A stretch of DNA of 64,000 nt. It comes from Bythopirellula sp. (GTDB lineage: Bacteria > Planctomycetota > Planctomycetia > Pirellulales > Lacipirellulaceae). Each line of letters begins with the position of its first letter. Position 1 is the first letter of the stretch. Positions 49,405 to 58,652 of the stretch are shown here, piece by piece. The notes beneath the pieces are model-generated. The model ran no database searches, was not told the DNA's origin, and saw only the letters and a program-made list of their open reading frames with translations. The stretch lies in the NCBI GenBank assembly GCA_965216565.1, contig OZ244170.1, forward strand, positions 3,552,001 to 3,616,000, written 5' to 3'. A program made the translations under genes and the position numbers.

Positions 49405-50712
49405 ATCCCCTTCAAACCGAACAATAAGACTCCGCAAGCGCCGTCGGTAACTGTAGTGCTCCACTTCTAGCAAGTGACGCGAGGTATCGAGATAGCGAAT
49501 GCCGCCGCTTGTGGTTTCGCCATTTTTCCGTTTCAACTCCTGAAACCATTTGAAATCCTGGGCGGGCTGGTCGAGTGACTGCAGATAGCGCGTGATGAGC
49601 TGGGCCTGATAGTCAACCAACCCCCATTGTCCACTGTCTGGTTGAATCAGCCCGGCACAGAATAGATCGTCCCGCTCCGGATGAAACACATTGAGAAACA
49701 ATTGCGGCTTGCCGTCGCTCCAGTTTAGGTGCTTCTGGTCGATAAACGGAAAACTGATTTGAAAACCGGTGGCAAACACAATCAAATCGACTTCGGCCTC
49801 AGTACCATCGACAAACTTGACCGTCTGTCCTTCGAAACGCTCAATGTCGGGGCGTGCCGCCAAATCGCCATGGCCGAGATAATAGTGCATTTGCGAATTG
49901 ATGATCGGATGGCTCTCGAACAGCTTATGATCCGGCTTGGGTAGCCCAACTTGTTCGGCACTGCCCAGTGTCCATCGCACAACCATCCGAGCCCCAAATC
50001 GACGCAGCCATAACGGCATCCGCCAGCGCAGCCAACGTTCGTTGAATTGATCGATGGGCATCCCTTTGAAAAACTTGGGGAGCACGTGATAGCCACGCCG
50101 CAAGCTGATGAGTGCCTCCTCAGCATGAACTGCCGCGTCCACCGCGATGTCGCAACCACTGTTGCCACCGCCCACCACCAGCACCCGCTTGCCCTGCATG
50201 ACGTCTGGCGTTTTGTATTCCCCAGAGTGCAACACATCACCCGTGAACTCACCGGGGTACTCCGGACGATTTGGGTGCCAGTTGTGGCCGTTGGCGATGA
50301 TGACACCCCGATAGCTACGCTGACAACCATCGGTTAGGGTCACTTGCCAGCCGCCAGTGACTGGTTCCATGCGGTCGACCGCGACACCGAATTCAATGTG
50401 TTCGTAAAGCTTAAACTCGCGTGCGTAACTGTGCAGATACTCAAGCACCTGCTCGTGGCTGGGGAATTCCGGATAGTCCGTCGGCATCGGAAAGTCGGGG
50501 TACTCAGTCAGTCGCTTCGAAGAGATGAGATGGGTCGAAGCGTAGACGCTGCTATGAGGTTTTCCGAAATTCCAATTCCCGCCGAGGTCATCCTCGCGTT
50601 CCAGGCAATCAAAAGGAATTCCTGCCTGGAGAAAATTCTTAGCCACTGCCAGCCCAGACGTACCCGCACCCACTATGCAGTAGCGTTCGGTGGAGGAATT
50701 GGGAGCGATCAC
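49354..50712 (-). CDS. Flavin-containing monooxygenase
   Basis: VGAGTSG, GGNW, F.G..LHSGEY, VVGGGNSG.D, ATGF. Confidence 0.92.
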   Translation of the reverse strand: MIAPNSSTERYCIVGAGTSGLAVAKNFLQAGIPFDCLEREDDLGGNWNFGKPHSSVYASTHLISSKRLTEYPDFPMPTDYPEFPSHEQVLEYLHSYAREFKLYEHIEFGVAVDRMEPVTGGWQVTLTDGCQRSYRGVIIANGHNWHPNRPEYPGEFTGDVLHSGEYKTPDVMQGKRVLVVGGGNSGCDIAVDAAVHAEEALISLRRGYHVLPKFFKGMPIDQFNERWLRWRMPLWLRRFGARMVVRWTLGSAEQVGLPKPDHKLFESHPIINSQMHYYLGHGDLAARPDIERFEGQTVKFVDGTEAEVDLIVFATGFQISFPFIDQKHLNWSDGKPQLFLNVFHPERDDLFCAGLIQPDSGQWGLVDYQAQLITRYLQSLDQPAQDFKWFQELKRKNGETTSGGIRYLDTSRHLLEVEHYSYRRRLRSLIVRFEGDSTQSARRSRGSRRISK

Positions 50713-50866
50713 AGCGGCACTGTTCTAGGCAGGATTCTTCGGGTAATCCCCGATTTTTCCCGACCCACTGCTACATAGCAATGCCCCGCCCTTGACTACT
50801 TTACCCAAATAGTGTACGTCTGTATATATTCTCACTATTTAGCAGTAAACCCTCCCCGCCATCATT

Positions 50867-51400
50867 ATGCCCGCAATCCCCGTGTTGACCCATGATCTGC
50901 GAACATTGCATGGGGCCAACGTGCGACGGCTCATGGCCCGACTGAATCTGACACTGCAAGACGTAGTCGAGGCCTCGGATCTCGACGAAAGGACCGTGCG
51001 CAGCATTCTGCAAGGCGTCACACGACCCCATGCCCGTACGCTCCACAAACTAGCCACAGGCCTGGGAGTTGAGGCAGACGAGCTATTTCAGGATCTATCG
51101 CACACCCATCGAGCTTCCTTCGACCGGGCTACCAATCCCGCTGTTTCGGCGGCAATCGATGCCGATCCCCAGCGGTTCGCAGACTGGACCCCCGCCGAGT
51201 TTGAAGAACTATTCAGCCGCATGGCGGTGGGAGGCGAACTGACCGAAGAGGGCGTCCTCACCTCGGCCGAGGCGATTAATTCGCGTCGTCAATTGATGAG
51301 CCAGATAGCTGTGATTCTAGAAAGCGGCGAAGCCGATCACCTGCGCGAGTTTGTCGCCATGCTCTATCATCGCGTGACAGATGTCAGCCATCTCACGTAG
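50867..51400 (+). CDS. XRE/Cro-C1 HTH transcriptional regulator
   Basis: NVRRLM..LNLTLQDVVEASDLDERTVRSILQG..RPHARTLHKLATGLGV. Confidence 0.85.
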   Translation: MPAIPVLTHDLRTLHGANVRRLMARLNLTLQDVVEASDLDERTVRSILQGVTRPHARTLHKLATGLGVEADELFQDLSHTHRASFDRATNPAVSAAIDADPQRFADWTPAEFEELFSRMAVGGELTEEGVLTSAEAINSRRQLMSQIAVILESGEADHLREFVAMLYHRVTDVSHLT

Positions 51401-52040
51401 AAACGCGCACTACTTTGGCGATGGGTAACTTGTCGATCCGCGCTGCCTGCTCGATCGATTCCAACCGATAGATTGCGCCATCGGAACCGACGAAGCGATC
51501 GTCCGACTCCACAGGAAACTGCTCTCCCATGACAATTGTAAACCGCTCGATAGCGGTGGGAGCATTGGAGGTGTCGCTCACCGTAGTTTCATCCGGCTGA
51601 ATTCGCACTGGCATCGCAGTATAGACATCGTCCCAACTAGTGATCTCAGGCCCCTGGCCCAAGTCTTGCCAAACGGCCCGCTGTACGTCTACAGAATCGT
51701 CGCAGCCCAAGGCAACGCGCAGTTCCCGCGTTTCGCACTTCAATCGGCCTAGCAGCGAATGCTGGTCCACTGCCAACACAGTCCACTGAGAATCGTCGGC
51801 ATCGATGATGATGTCCCCCAGTTCCAACCGTGTTCCAGCATCCGGCAATTCCAAATACCACACGGCATCCGATTGAACACTCGTACCACCACTCGGCTCA
51901 GCTTCACTCGAAATCTGCTCTCGACGCAGCGAGGTAAGACCGGCCACGAGCGATCCTGACTCGCGCTTACGCAGGGACACGGTTTCCAAACCATCTACCG
52001 AAGTTACAAAATCTTGGCTAGGATCAAACTCAATGCTCAT
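51393..52040 (-). CDS. Putative head-closure protein (two tandem gpFII/gp16-like beta domains)
   Basis: Last gene of the operon; two similar halves (LGDIII.AD.SQWTVLAV / DDRFV.SDG.IYRLESI); call is positional. Confidence 0.5.
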   Translation of the reverse strand: MSIEFDPSQDFVTSVDGLETVSLRKRESGSLVAGLTSLRREQISSEAEPSGGTSVQSDAVWYLELPDAGTRLELGDIIIDADDSQWTVLAVDQHSLLGRLKCETRELRVALGCDDSVDVQRAVWQDLGQGPEITSWDDVYTAMPVRIQPDETTVSDTSNAPTAIERFTIVMGEQFPVESDDRFVGSDGAIYRLESIEQAARIDKLPIAKVVRVST

Positions 52041-52255
52041 CCGGTAGTTCCTTCCGACCTAATTTCAAAAGGATCGCAATCAAGCAACTTGCGATCGCAC
52101 CAATCGACGGTGCGCTGTAGCGACTCGACATAGTCAACCCAGGCAACACTTTGGCCATCAATCGAATAAGTAGGTTTGGGACTGGCTCGTAGCTCTTCGA
52201 GCTGCGTCAGCGTCTGAGCTCGAATTGTGGAAATCTGCTCGGTTTCGCTCGACAT
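52037..52255 (-). CDS. Putative gpW-like head-completion/adaptor protein
   Basis: 72 aa helix-hairpin-helix with PTYSIDGQSV, resembling the gpW-type YSI.G hairpin. Confidence 0.55.
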   Translation of the reverse strand: MSSETEQISTIRAQTLTQLEELRASPKPTYSIDGQSVAWVDYVESLQRTVDWCDRKLLDCDPFEIRSEGTTG

Positions 52256-52257
52256 GG

Positions 52258-52656
52258 TTAGATACACCTCAATTGGAAACGGAAAATGGTTTTCTGCCCT
52301 GTAACGGGCGTTAGTTCATAACGAACTTGATAGACCTTGCCGGCGTCAGGAAATGCTTCGTTCGTAGAGACATAGATTTCGTGCCGGAAGTTGTACCCAT
52401 CGCTATCTACCGTCCAGGTGTCGTCGGTTTGCAAGCTGTCGAACACCACGTCACTAACCGTCAACGAGACCGCATCGTGACCCGTGACGGCACTCAAGCC
52501 AGAGGGGTCGTTGGTCGTTAGTTCGTAGATGCTGTATTCGATTGACGAAACAGATGCCTGGTTCAAATACTGCCCCGACGCGTTGACGACCCGAGCCATG
52601 AGAACGGCAGAACCATTTCGAAACACTTTTGATTTGAAATCAGCCGCTATCGGCAT
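52258..52656 (-). CDS. Hypothetical beta-rich virion-associated protein
   Basis: 132 aa ORF tightly packed in the operon. Confidence 0.6.
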   Translation of the reverse strand: MPIAADFKSKVFRNGSAVLMARVVNASGQYLNQASVSSIEYSIYELTTNDPSGLSAVTGHDAVSLTVSDVVFDSLQTDDTWTVDSDGYNFRHEIYVSTNEAFPDAGKVYQVRYELTPVTGQKTIFRFQLRCI

Positions 52657-52727
52657 TTACTCGCTCCTTCCAATTGAAGTGGTCAATCACAACAGGCCCC
52701 TGGCAAAGGCAACTCGCCGCTAACACG

Positions 52728-53492
52728 TCACGCCGCAAACGCTTCGGCCCCAACATTTTCGATTCCTGAGAGATTGACCTCCGCACGCTCGGCTCCATCT
52801 GTTTGCAAGCCCTCCTGCTCGACTGTGTAGGGCCCCGAGAAACGGCAAGGCTGAATGACGGCCTGGCCTCCACGCGGCATGAGCACCCGAGGGTGTTCGG
52901 TCGCGATTGTCCCTCCGGAACTCGTCGCAACTGGTCCCCAACCGGGATGGTTCAACCGGCGTACGCAGTTGTGGTAACAGAGTAAGTTGCTTAGATCGGA
53001 GATCATTAGCGGAGAAATCCCGGCTGCCAACGCCTGGATGTCACCGTCTTGCAGAGCGATATCCAATAACGCAACTTCCGCAGCATCGACTGCGGTGCTT
53101 GTGGCAAGGTTCCCCAAGCTGAAATCATTGACGCCATCAAAGAGTCTTTCGTGATTCACTTCGGTTTGGTTCCCACCGTCCAAATAGACACGCCTGGCAG
53201 TCGCCGATTCAAAGACTCCCGTCACTTGATGCCATTGATTCGCAGACATCGGCGCAGTCGACCGTGCCGCACTGGTACTGGAAACTCTAGATATCGCAAC
53301 CACTTGATTCGCATTATGTCCCTCGTAGTTCAATCCGTGATACGATCCCGTCGTCGTGTTGCTGACACGCATCAAGGTCATCAACGTAGAACTGCTTGGA
53401 ACGCGGAACCAACCCGTCAAGGTAAACGGATAGTCCGTCACAGATAGCGAACCAAGGTCTACTAGATTGCTCGATCCTATTGCCAAAGCCAT
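52728..53492 (-). CDS. LamG/concanavalin-A-like domain protein
   Basis: PFTLTGWF, QWHQVTGVF, RVYLDG, FSLG, AEVALLD.AL. Confidence 0.75.
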   Translation of the reverse strand: MALAIGSSNLVDLGSLSVTDYPFTLTGWFRVPSSSTLMTLMRVSNTTTGSYHGLNYEGHNANQVVAISRVSSTSAARSTAPMSANQWHQVTGVFESATARRVYLDGGNQTEVNHERLFDGVNDFSLGNLATSTAVDAAEVALLDIALQDGDIQALAAGISPLMISDLSNLLCYHNCVRRLNHPGWGPVATSSGGTIATEHPRVLMPRGGQAVIQPCRFSGPYTVEQEGLQTDGAERAEVNLSGIENVGAEAFAA

Positions 53493-53498
53493 CGTTGG

Positions 53499-53984
53499 TT
53501 ATGCCTCACGCAATTCTAAGGAAATGAGTTCCACGTCTCCCACCAACGTGTCAGCCACATCGGCCGCCTGGCGATTCACTAGCACCTGCAGAACATCGCC
53601 TGCGGCTAGCCCCGTGACCGCGATGGAATCGCTCACGGCAACAACGATGTCTCCGCTAGTTGCAGGGGCTGCGGTGGTTACTTGGCTGCTTCCACTCGCC
53701 GTTGGAGGAGAATCGAGGTTATCTCCAGCGGCAAAATGCACGAGTTCAACCTCGAATTTGCAGTTGCCCGTTACAGCCGAACTGGTTGTCCAAGTCAAAA
53801 GGGCTTCGATCTCACCGCCCGCAAAGTGGCTTGGGACAACCGCTTGAAATTGAGCTTGCTCTTCCGTGGAGTCATCAAAGTCCAGCACCACAAAGTCGCC
53901 TCGCATGTCGACCGTGGCAAAGTCGGCACTTGGCGGTCGATTGGACAATGCGTCGGCAGTCATCAAAGAATCACCGCTTGCCAT
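53499..53984 (-). CDS. Hypothetical beta-sandwich virion protein
   Basis: GGGAG before ATG 53984; 161 aa immediately after the capsid gene. Confidence 0.6.
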   Translation of the reverse strand: MASGDSLMTADALSNRPPSADFATVDMRGDFVVLDFDDSTEEQAQFQAVVPSHFAGGEIEALLTWTTSSAVTGNCKFEVELVHFAAGDNLDSPPTASGSSQVTTAAPATSGDIVVAVSDSIAVTGLAAGDVLQVLVNRQAADVADTLVGDVELISLELREA

Positions 53985-54083
53985 TTGCTCTACACTCCCT
54001 TCGATTCGTTTGTTGGCATGGAGAAATATTTGTGAATGGCCAGCCACCAGTGCATTGCTGACTGGCCATTCACTCTGGAAGTG

Positions 54084-55244
54084 CTAGCCAGTGCACTTGA
54101 CGACATACCGAGGGTTGAGAACCGCTGGAGCCCCACGTTCGCTCGCCTTGAAGCGAAGCACGATATCATTATTGAAATCGGCTTCACTATTGATGGGTGC
54201 TTGCGTCACCGTAATTGGCCAATTCTCCATGTAGGCGAACGCCTTCGAGAAGTCGCCGATAAACCAGTACTTCTTCGCATCGGCGGCAGCAACGCCCGAG
54301 TTCACGAGCCGCCGGTAAGCAAGGCGACTTTGCTCCACTCGATAGTTGCCCAAGGGATTGGTAGCGGTCGTCGTGGTCGGCAGGCCCGATCCCACGTATG
54401 CAATCTCCGTGGCGTTGAACACGCGATGAGCGGCATGGCGATAGGCTGGCATCACCAACACGCTTGTCCCGCTAACGAGAACGGGTTCGCCGGTCGCTGG
54501 ATCGCTCATTTCGGCAAACAACTGCTCAGCAGCATCGACATTGGTCCAGTCTACTAACTCGTTCGACGCCAGCAGATTCGCCCAACTGCCAGCGGCAGAG
54601 AACGTATTGAAGTTTGCCCCGTTCTGGTTGAAAGAGTTGGTAATACCCATCACGGTATCGAGTAACCGCTTCTCTTTGTTGAGCCCCAACACCTCGCCTA
54701 CCTCAGCGGCACGCGACAAGATTAAGTTAGTCCTGTCGAAGAAAATCGCTTCTTTCGTCACCGGGACAATAAAACCATGCTTGGCAGTTGACGGCGTTTC
54801 GATGTAGTCTTCGCCGAATCCGAGATGAGGATAGGGCATTCCGTTCCCTACTTCGTCGATTCGATCCTCAATGCGATTGACTCCCGGGATCTTTTCTCCA
54901 TCGAATCGTGTCGGAATCGTTTGAACAAGTTTTGATGCAACGAAGGCTTCCTGGGAATAGGAGTCCAAGATTTTCGAATAGATCACCTGGCCTGCGATGT
55001 TTAGAAATGCGGTGACATCGATTCCGTCGGACGACTCCGTCAAGCTTACTGAACCGCTGCTCCGGGGATCGAGCATCCGCACCCAATGACGGCCTTCGGG
55101 GACGAGTGCCTCCGCCAAATCGCGGATGCTAAAATCTTCTGGTTTCAGATGCCCTTCACTGAGCGATTCGGAAAGATGCCGAACCGTGTTTCCGGCTCCG
55201 TCCAGATCGTAACGCCTCTTAAGTTCTCGATAGTTCAAAGTCAC
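54084..55244 (-). CDS. Major capsid protein (HK97 fold predicted)
   Basis: GTG 55244 after AGGAG; 386 aa; KHGFIVPVTKEAIFFD, WFIGDF, ERGAPAVLNPRYVV; follows the protease and decoration genes. Confidence 0.75.
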   Translation of the reverse strand: MTLNYRELKRRYDLDGAGNTVRHLSESLSEGHLKPEDFSIRDLAEALVPEGRHWVRMLDPRSSGSVSLTESSDGIDVTAFLNIAGQVIYSKILDSYSQEAFVASKLVQTIPTRFDGEKIPGVNRIEDRIDEVGNGMPYPHLGFGEDYIETPSTAKHGFIVPVTKEAIFFDRTNLILSRAAEVGEVLGLNKEKRLLDTVMGITNSFNQNGANFNTFSAAGSWANLLASNELVDWTNVDAAEQLFAEMSDPATGEPVLVSGTSVLVMPAYRHAAHRVFNATEIAYVGSGLPTTTTATNPLGNYRVEQSRLAYRRLVNSGVAAADAKKYWFIGDFSKAFAYMENWPITVTQAPINSEADFNNDIVLRFKASERGAPAVLNPRYVVKCTG

Positions 55245-55306
55245 AGATTCTTCTCCTGTTTTGCGGGTAGTCTGATTCTGGCTCTCTGCCTCATCACTCT
55301 TCGAAA

Positions 55307-55780
55307 TTAGGCGGCCGCCTGCGGACCTCCGCGGACCACTGTGCTGACGACATCGACAAACACACTCGTGCTGGCAGTTGGAACCCGCTTCACGCACCGT
55401 CCAATGGCGAGGTTCGCAGAAGCGACCCCTTCTACAATCTGGTCTTCCAGCTCCGTTCCCAAAGCTTCTTCGGCACCGCCGATGAAGTCGCCAATCTCAA
55501 ATGTTGACGAGCTGCACTCGAACTCAAACACGCCACTCGTGGCGACTCGAATGGAACCCGATGATTCCGCTGGTGAGGCCTGCATCGCGACGCCAAGAAA
55601 CTGGTCGTGCAATAATTCTTGATTTGCTGCCGGTGTTCCCTGGTCAGTCAGACCCGAGGCCGGCTTTGCCGTCCCACTATCGAGTACGACCAGATCGCCA
55701 ATTTCGATTCCCGCTGAACTCGAAACCGGCATGAGGATCGGATTCGTCTCTCCGTAACGCCAACGCATAGAACTTGCCAT
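55307..55780 (-). CDS. Capsid decoration/cement protein (DUF2190-like)
   Basis: IEIGDLV, FLGVAM, IRVATSGVFEF, FEIGD; sits between the protease and capsid genes. Confidence 0.7.
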   Translation of the reverse strand: MASSMRWRYGETNPILMPVSSSAGIEIGDLVVLDSGTAKPASGLTDQGTPAANQELLHDQFLGVAMQASPAESSGSIRVATSGVFEFECSSSTFEIGDFIGGAEEALGTELEDQIVEGVASANLAIGRCVKRVPTASTSVFVDVVSTVVRGGPQAAA

Positions 55781-55829
55781 GAATTTCTTCTCCTGAATTT
55801 AGGGTGTGCAAATAGACAATCGGCTTTGT

Positions 55830-56792
55830 TTAGTTGAGGGAGCCAACACGCTGAATAGCCTTGGCAAACGCTGAAGCACCTTCCGGCTCATTGGAAGGCT
55901 GAGATTGCAGAGCAATTTGATCGACGGAGCGAGGAATCCTGGGCGAGTTTAGTTTCGAGGATGTACCAGCCGTCTCAAGAAGTTCAACCCGCTCCAACAC
56001 TAGCTGTTCGAGTTGCGAATCGTCTTCGATTGCGAGCAACATCTCATAGAAAGCCCGGCTTACCGTTTGAGGCCCCGCAGCACTCCTGTTGCCATTACCT
56101 TCCCGGTGCTTTGGTAAGCGAAGCCCATGCTCACAGAGCAACTCCAGCGTCTTCCTCTGTCGGGCGAGCCCCGCACATCGAACTTCCGACTCTTGCAACT
56201 TTTCACGCAGGCTCTCAGCACTTTGACGACTGTGCTCCTCGAGTAAATCTGGGCGACAATTCTGCAGATGCTCCAAAGTAAGCTCATTCCACTTGAGCCC
56301 TTCTTGATCGTACTCGTACAAACCCAGCGTCGCGGCAGGATCGGCGACCAAGTCGACACTTTGAACATGCGTAATCTCTTCCACCACAGTCGATTGCCCA
56401 TCTCGCGTGACACGTGCGAGTACGTTGTGAGAGACTCCCACATTCCGAGGATTGTGCTCAGCATCCCAAACCAGTTGCTCCGCCAAAGGATGTTTGGGAT
56501 TGAAATGCAAGTCTCCAAACAGCCCTTCGCTTTCGCGAAACTGAACCTCCCGAATCACGCCCAGCCGATCCTGGTAGTCGCGTGGCGATAAGGGCCCGCT
56601 CTTGGGATGATTCACGTTGACTTTTGCTCCTTCATAAAGCGATTGAGCCTTCCGCAGTGCATTTGGTTCATACACCCGGCCATTGCGCGAGGTGAGTCCG
56701 ATAAGCTTCACTCCCTTGAGCACGCCGCGTTTCGAGTCGACACGAAGCGTTGTTCCTTGCGAGTCGACAAATTCTTGTAGAGCTTCGGCCAT
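55830..56792 (-). CDS. Prohead protease with C-terminal scaffold region
   Basis: SRNGRVY, NHP, VGVSH, SVDLVADPA resemble T4 gp21 (S77)-type motifs; helical/coiled C-terminus. Confidence 0.75.
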   Translation of the reverse strand: MAEALQEFVDSQGTTLRVDSKRGVLKGVKLIGLTSRNGRVYEPNALRKAQSLYEGAKVNVNHPKSGPLSPRDYQDRLGVIREVQFRESEGLFGDLHFNPKHPLAEQLVWDAEHNPRNVGVSHNVLARVTRDGQSTVVEEITHVQSVDLVADPAATLGLYEYDQEGLKWNELTLEHLQNCRPDLLEEHSRQSAESLREKLQESEVRCAGLARQRKTLELLCEHGLRLPKHREGNGNRSAAGPQTVSRAFYEMLLAIEDDSQLEQLVLERVELLETAGTSSKLNSPRIPRSVDQIALQSQPSNEPEGASAFAKAIQRVGSLN

Positions 56793-56824
56793 TGTCTGTC
56801 AGTCCTCATTCATCCTTAGTGAAT

Positions 56825-56869
56825 AAAAAAAGCCTCGGACAAAAACCTCAAGGGTTCTCGTCCGAGGCT
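56825..56869 (-). terminator. Strong intrinsic terminator inside the phage-like operon
   Basis: Minus RNA AGCCUCGGAC-GAGAACC-CUUGA-GGUUUUU-GUCCGAGGCU-UUUUUU; 17-bp stem whose G-U pairs form only on this strand. Confidence 0.85.
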
Positions 56870-56943
56870 CGATGGGATACGCCTGCCGCTCAATCAGCAC
56901 ACGCTCTTTTCGATACCTGTTTGCCTGGGGTCGCTTACGCCGC

Positions 56944-57123
56944 TTACTTCACCATCCGATCTACGTTGACCCGTGTGTACTGAATGTGTCCGTCTTGTAC
57001 GTTCACCGTCACACTTGCGGTACCAAAGAAGCCACGACCACTGACGCTTTCGATGAGCCTGTCAAATTCCTGACGGGCTTGGGTGCTTCGATCAGTCGAA
57101 TTCAAAGAGTTTTGTTTGCTCAT
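56944..57123 (-). CDS. Small DUF2292/YezD-like protein
   Basis: 59 aa; GFFGTASVTVNVQDGHIQ.TR pattern (helix, then G..V...QDG beta-hairpin). Confidence 0.6.
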   Translation of the reverse strand: MSKQNSLNSTDRSTQARQEFDRLIESVSGRGFFGTASVTVNVQDGHIQYTRVNVDRMVK

Positions 57124-57168
57124 GATGGGTCTCACTTTAGCAAAATGCGAAGGTCATTTCAGCAACTA

Positions 57169-58572
57169 TTATTGGCCACTTTGGTTGGCCGATTCGTCAC
57201 GATGCATGAGGATGTTCTTTTGCTCCTGGTCATAGTCGAGCCCCAACCGCAGGCTCCATGTTTGAGGTGAAATTAGTCCATTGTCGAACGCCACCTTTTC
57301 GACCTGGCAGTCTCTTACCTGGTCGCGCACCCGTAGCGACGGAGGTGTGATCTGAAGTTCGATCAATTTTCGGGTGTCGCGGTGTAGGCGTCCTTGGGCG
57401 ACCGCATTTTCGATTACATGCCACATCACGCGGCGATCGTCTTCAATGACACTGGCCTGAAGTCTTTCAAACATTTTTACCGCAGGACCCTCTGCTACGA
57501 GTGTCGAGGCATAGTTTGAATTCGAGGCGTCGGAAGTAAACATATACTCTGGCATCACCAGCCTGGCGGCCACGGCACGCAGCTCTGCCTGTAGCACGGT
57601 TACGAAATTACTGGCGTTGATCCCCGCAGCAGGAAAGTCGTACTCGGTGCCGTCAGGGGCATCGAGAATCGTGCCCGGTGAATACTGCGAAAGCTGACGT
57701 CGCCGGCCACTTGCCGGGTCAAGACCACTCGCTTCGCTATTACCGCTGACAAACTGTTCGACACCCGTGCGAGAAGCGCCTCGATGCTTGCGAATTAACG
57801 CAATTGCCGACTGAATTTCTGAAACAATGCTCATGTTTCGCAGCAGTTTTTCTATCCGACGCAGATTCTTGCTCACCGGGTAATACAGGGGCAAACCTCG
57901 TTTCACGTTTCGATCCACGTTTGCCTTTCGATGCTGAACCTCCGTGGCAGGCACCACCTCACCGTCAACAAAATAGGACAAGACCGATTCCACATCATTT
58001 GCCTCTGTATGAATCCCAAAACTAGCCTCCGGACTCTGTAGGAGTTCCCGCGGTGTGACTACTTGATCTGGCTCAACAAATCGAACACGAGTAATACCTG
58101 CGGAATCAACAAAGAATCGAAGAAACAGCTCTCCGTCGCGATCCATACGACGCATCATCTCCTGTTGCCTTGATTGCCATGAGTTCTCTTCCATAAACTC
58201 CTCGAGCAGTTTTTGCACATCCATTTCCAAATTGGTCGGAGCATTAGCACCTTTCCGAGCTGACGCCCGATAATGATGACCGACCCCGACGACATAGCTC
58301 GTCCGGTTTTCAATGCCGTTAATTGCAAACTCATTGGTTGCTACCAAGCGTCGACTCTGTTGGCGGATCTCTGCCAGTTGCTCAGTATTCCCATATGGCA
58401 CGCTGCGGGCTGGGACGCTGCCCTGTTCGCTGGACACAACGTTCCACCAAACGCCATCGTCGTGCACATAGGCTTCAGAGGGATCGACCAGTTGACTCCA
58501 CAACGCATCGCAAGCTTCGGTCAGGCGTTGTTCTAATTGCGCTTGGCTATTGCCGTTTGCCATCGTTGTCAT
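57169..58572 (-). CDS. Portal protein (lambda-like family)
   Basis: 467 aa after TerL; RDGELFL, RFVEPDQV, RGLP, DASNSNYAS. Confidence 0.85.
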   Translation of the reverse strand: MTTMANGNSQAQLEQRLTEACDALWSQLVDPSEAYVHDDGVWWNVVSSEQGSVPARSVPYGNTEQLAEIRQQSRRLVATNEFAINGIENRTSYVVGVGHHYRASARKGANAPTNLEMDVQKLLEEFMEENSWQSRQQEMMRRMDRDGELFLRFFVDSAGITRVRFVEPDQVVTPRELLQSPEASFGIHTEANDVESVLSYFVDGEVVPATEVQHRKANVDRNVKRGLPLYYPVSKNLRRIEKLLRNMSIVSEIQSAIALIRKHRGASRTGVEQFVSGNSEASGLDPASGRRRQLSQYSPGTILDAPDGTEYDFPAAGINASNFVTVLQAELRAVAARLVMPEYMFTSDASNSNYASTLVAEGPAVKMFERLQASVIEDDRRVMWHVIENAVAQGRLHRDTRKLIELQITPPSLRVRDQVRDCQVEKVAFDNGLISPQTWSLRLGLDYDQEQKNILMHRDESANQSGQ

Positions 58573-58652
58573 CGTTCTTGCTCCCGATTTGTTTAACGTG
58601 TTGAAATGGATTCATGGATACTAGTTGACTGTTGTGTCATCCTCGATACGAA

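Noticed and set aside
54084..55244. Encapsulin interpretation of the capsid gene
   Set aside because: Terminase, portal and protease are present, indicating a DNA-packaging head rather than a protein nanocompartment.
54084..55397. ORF-track upstream starts for the capsid gene (also TerL 60329, ABC-GNAT 62002, tag 18501, bioD 36019)
   Set aside because: They overlap upstream genes extensively; downstream starts with an RBS or stop-start coupling fit better.
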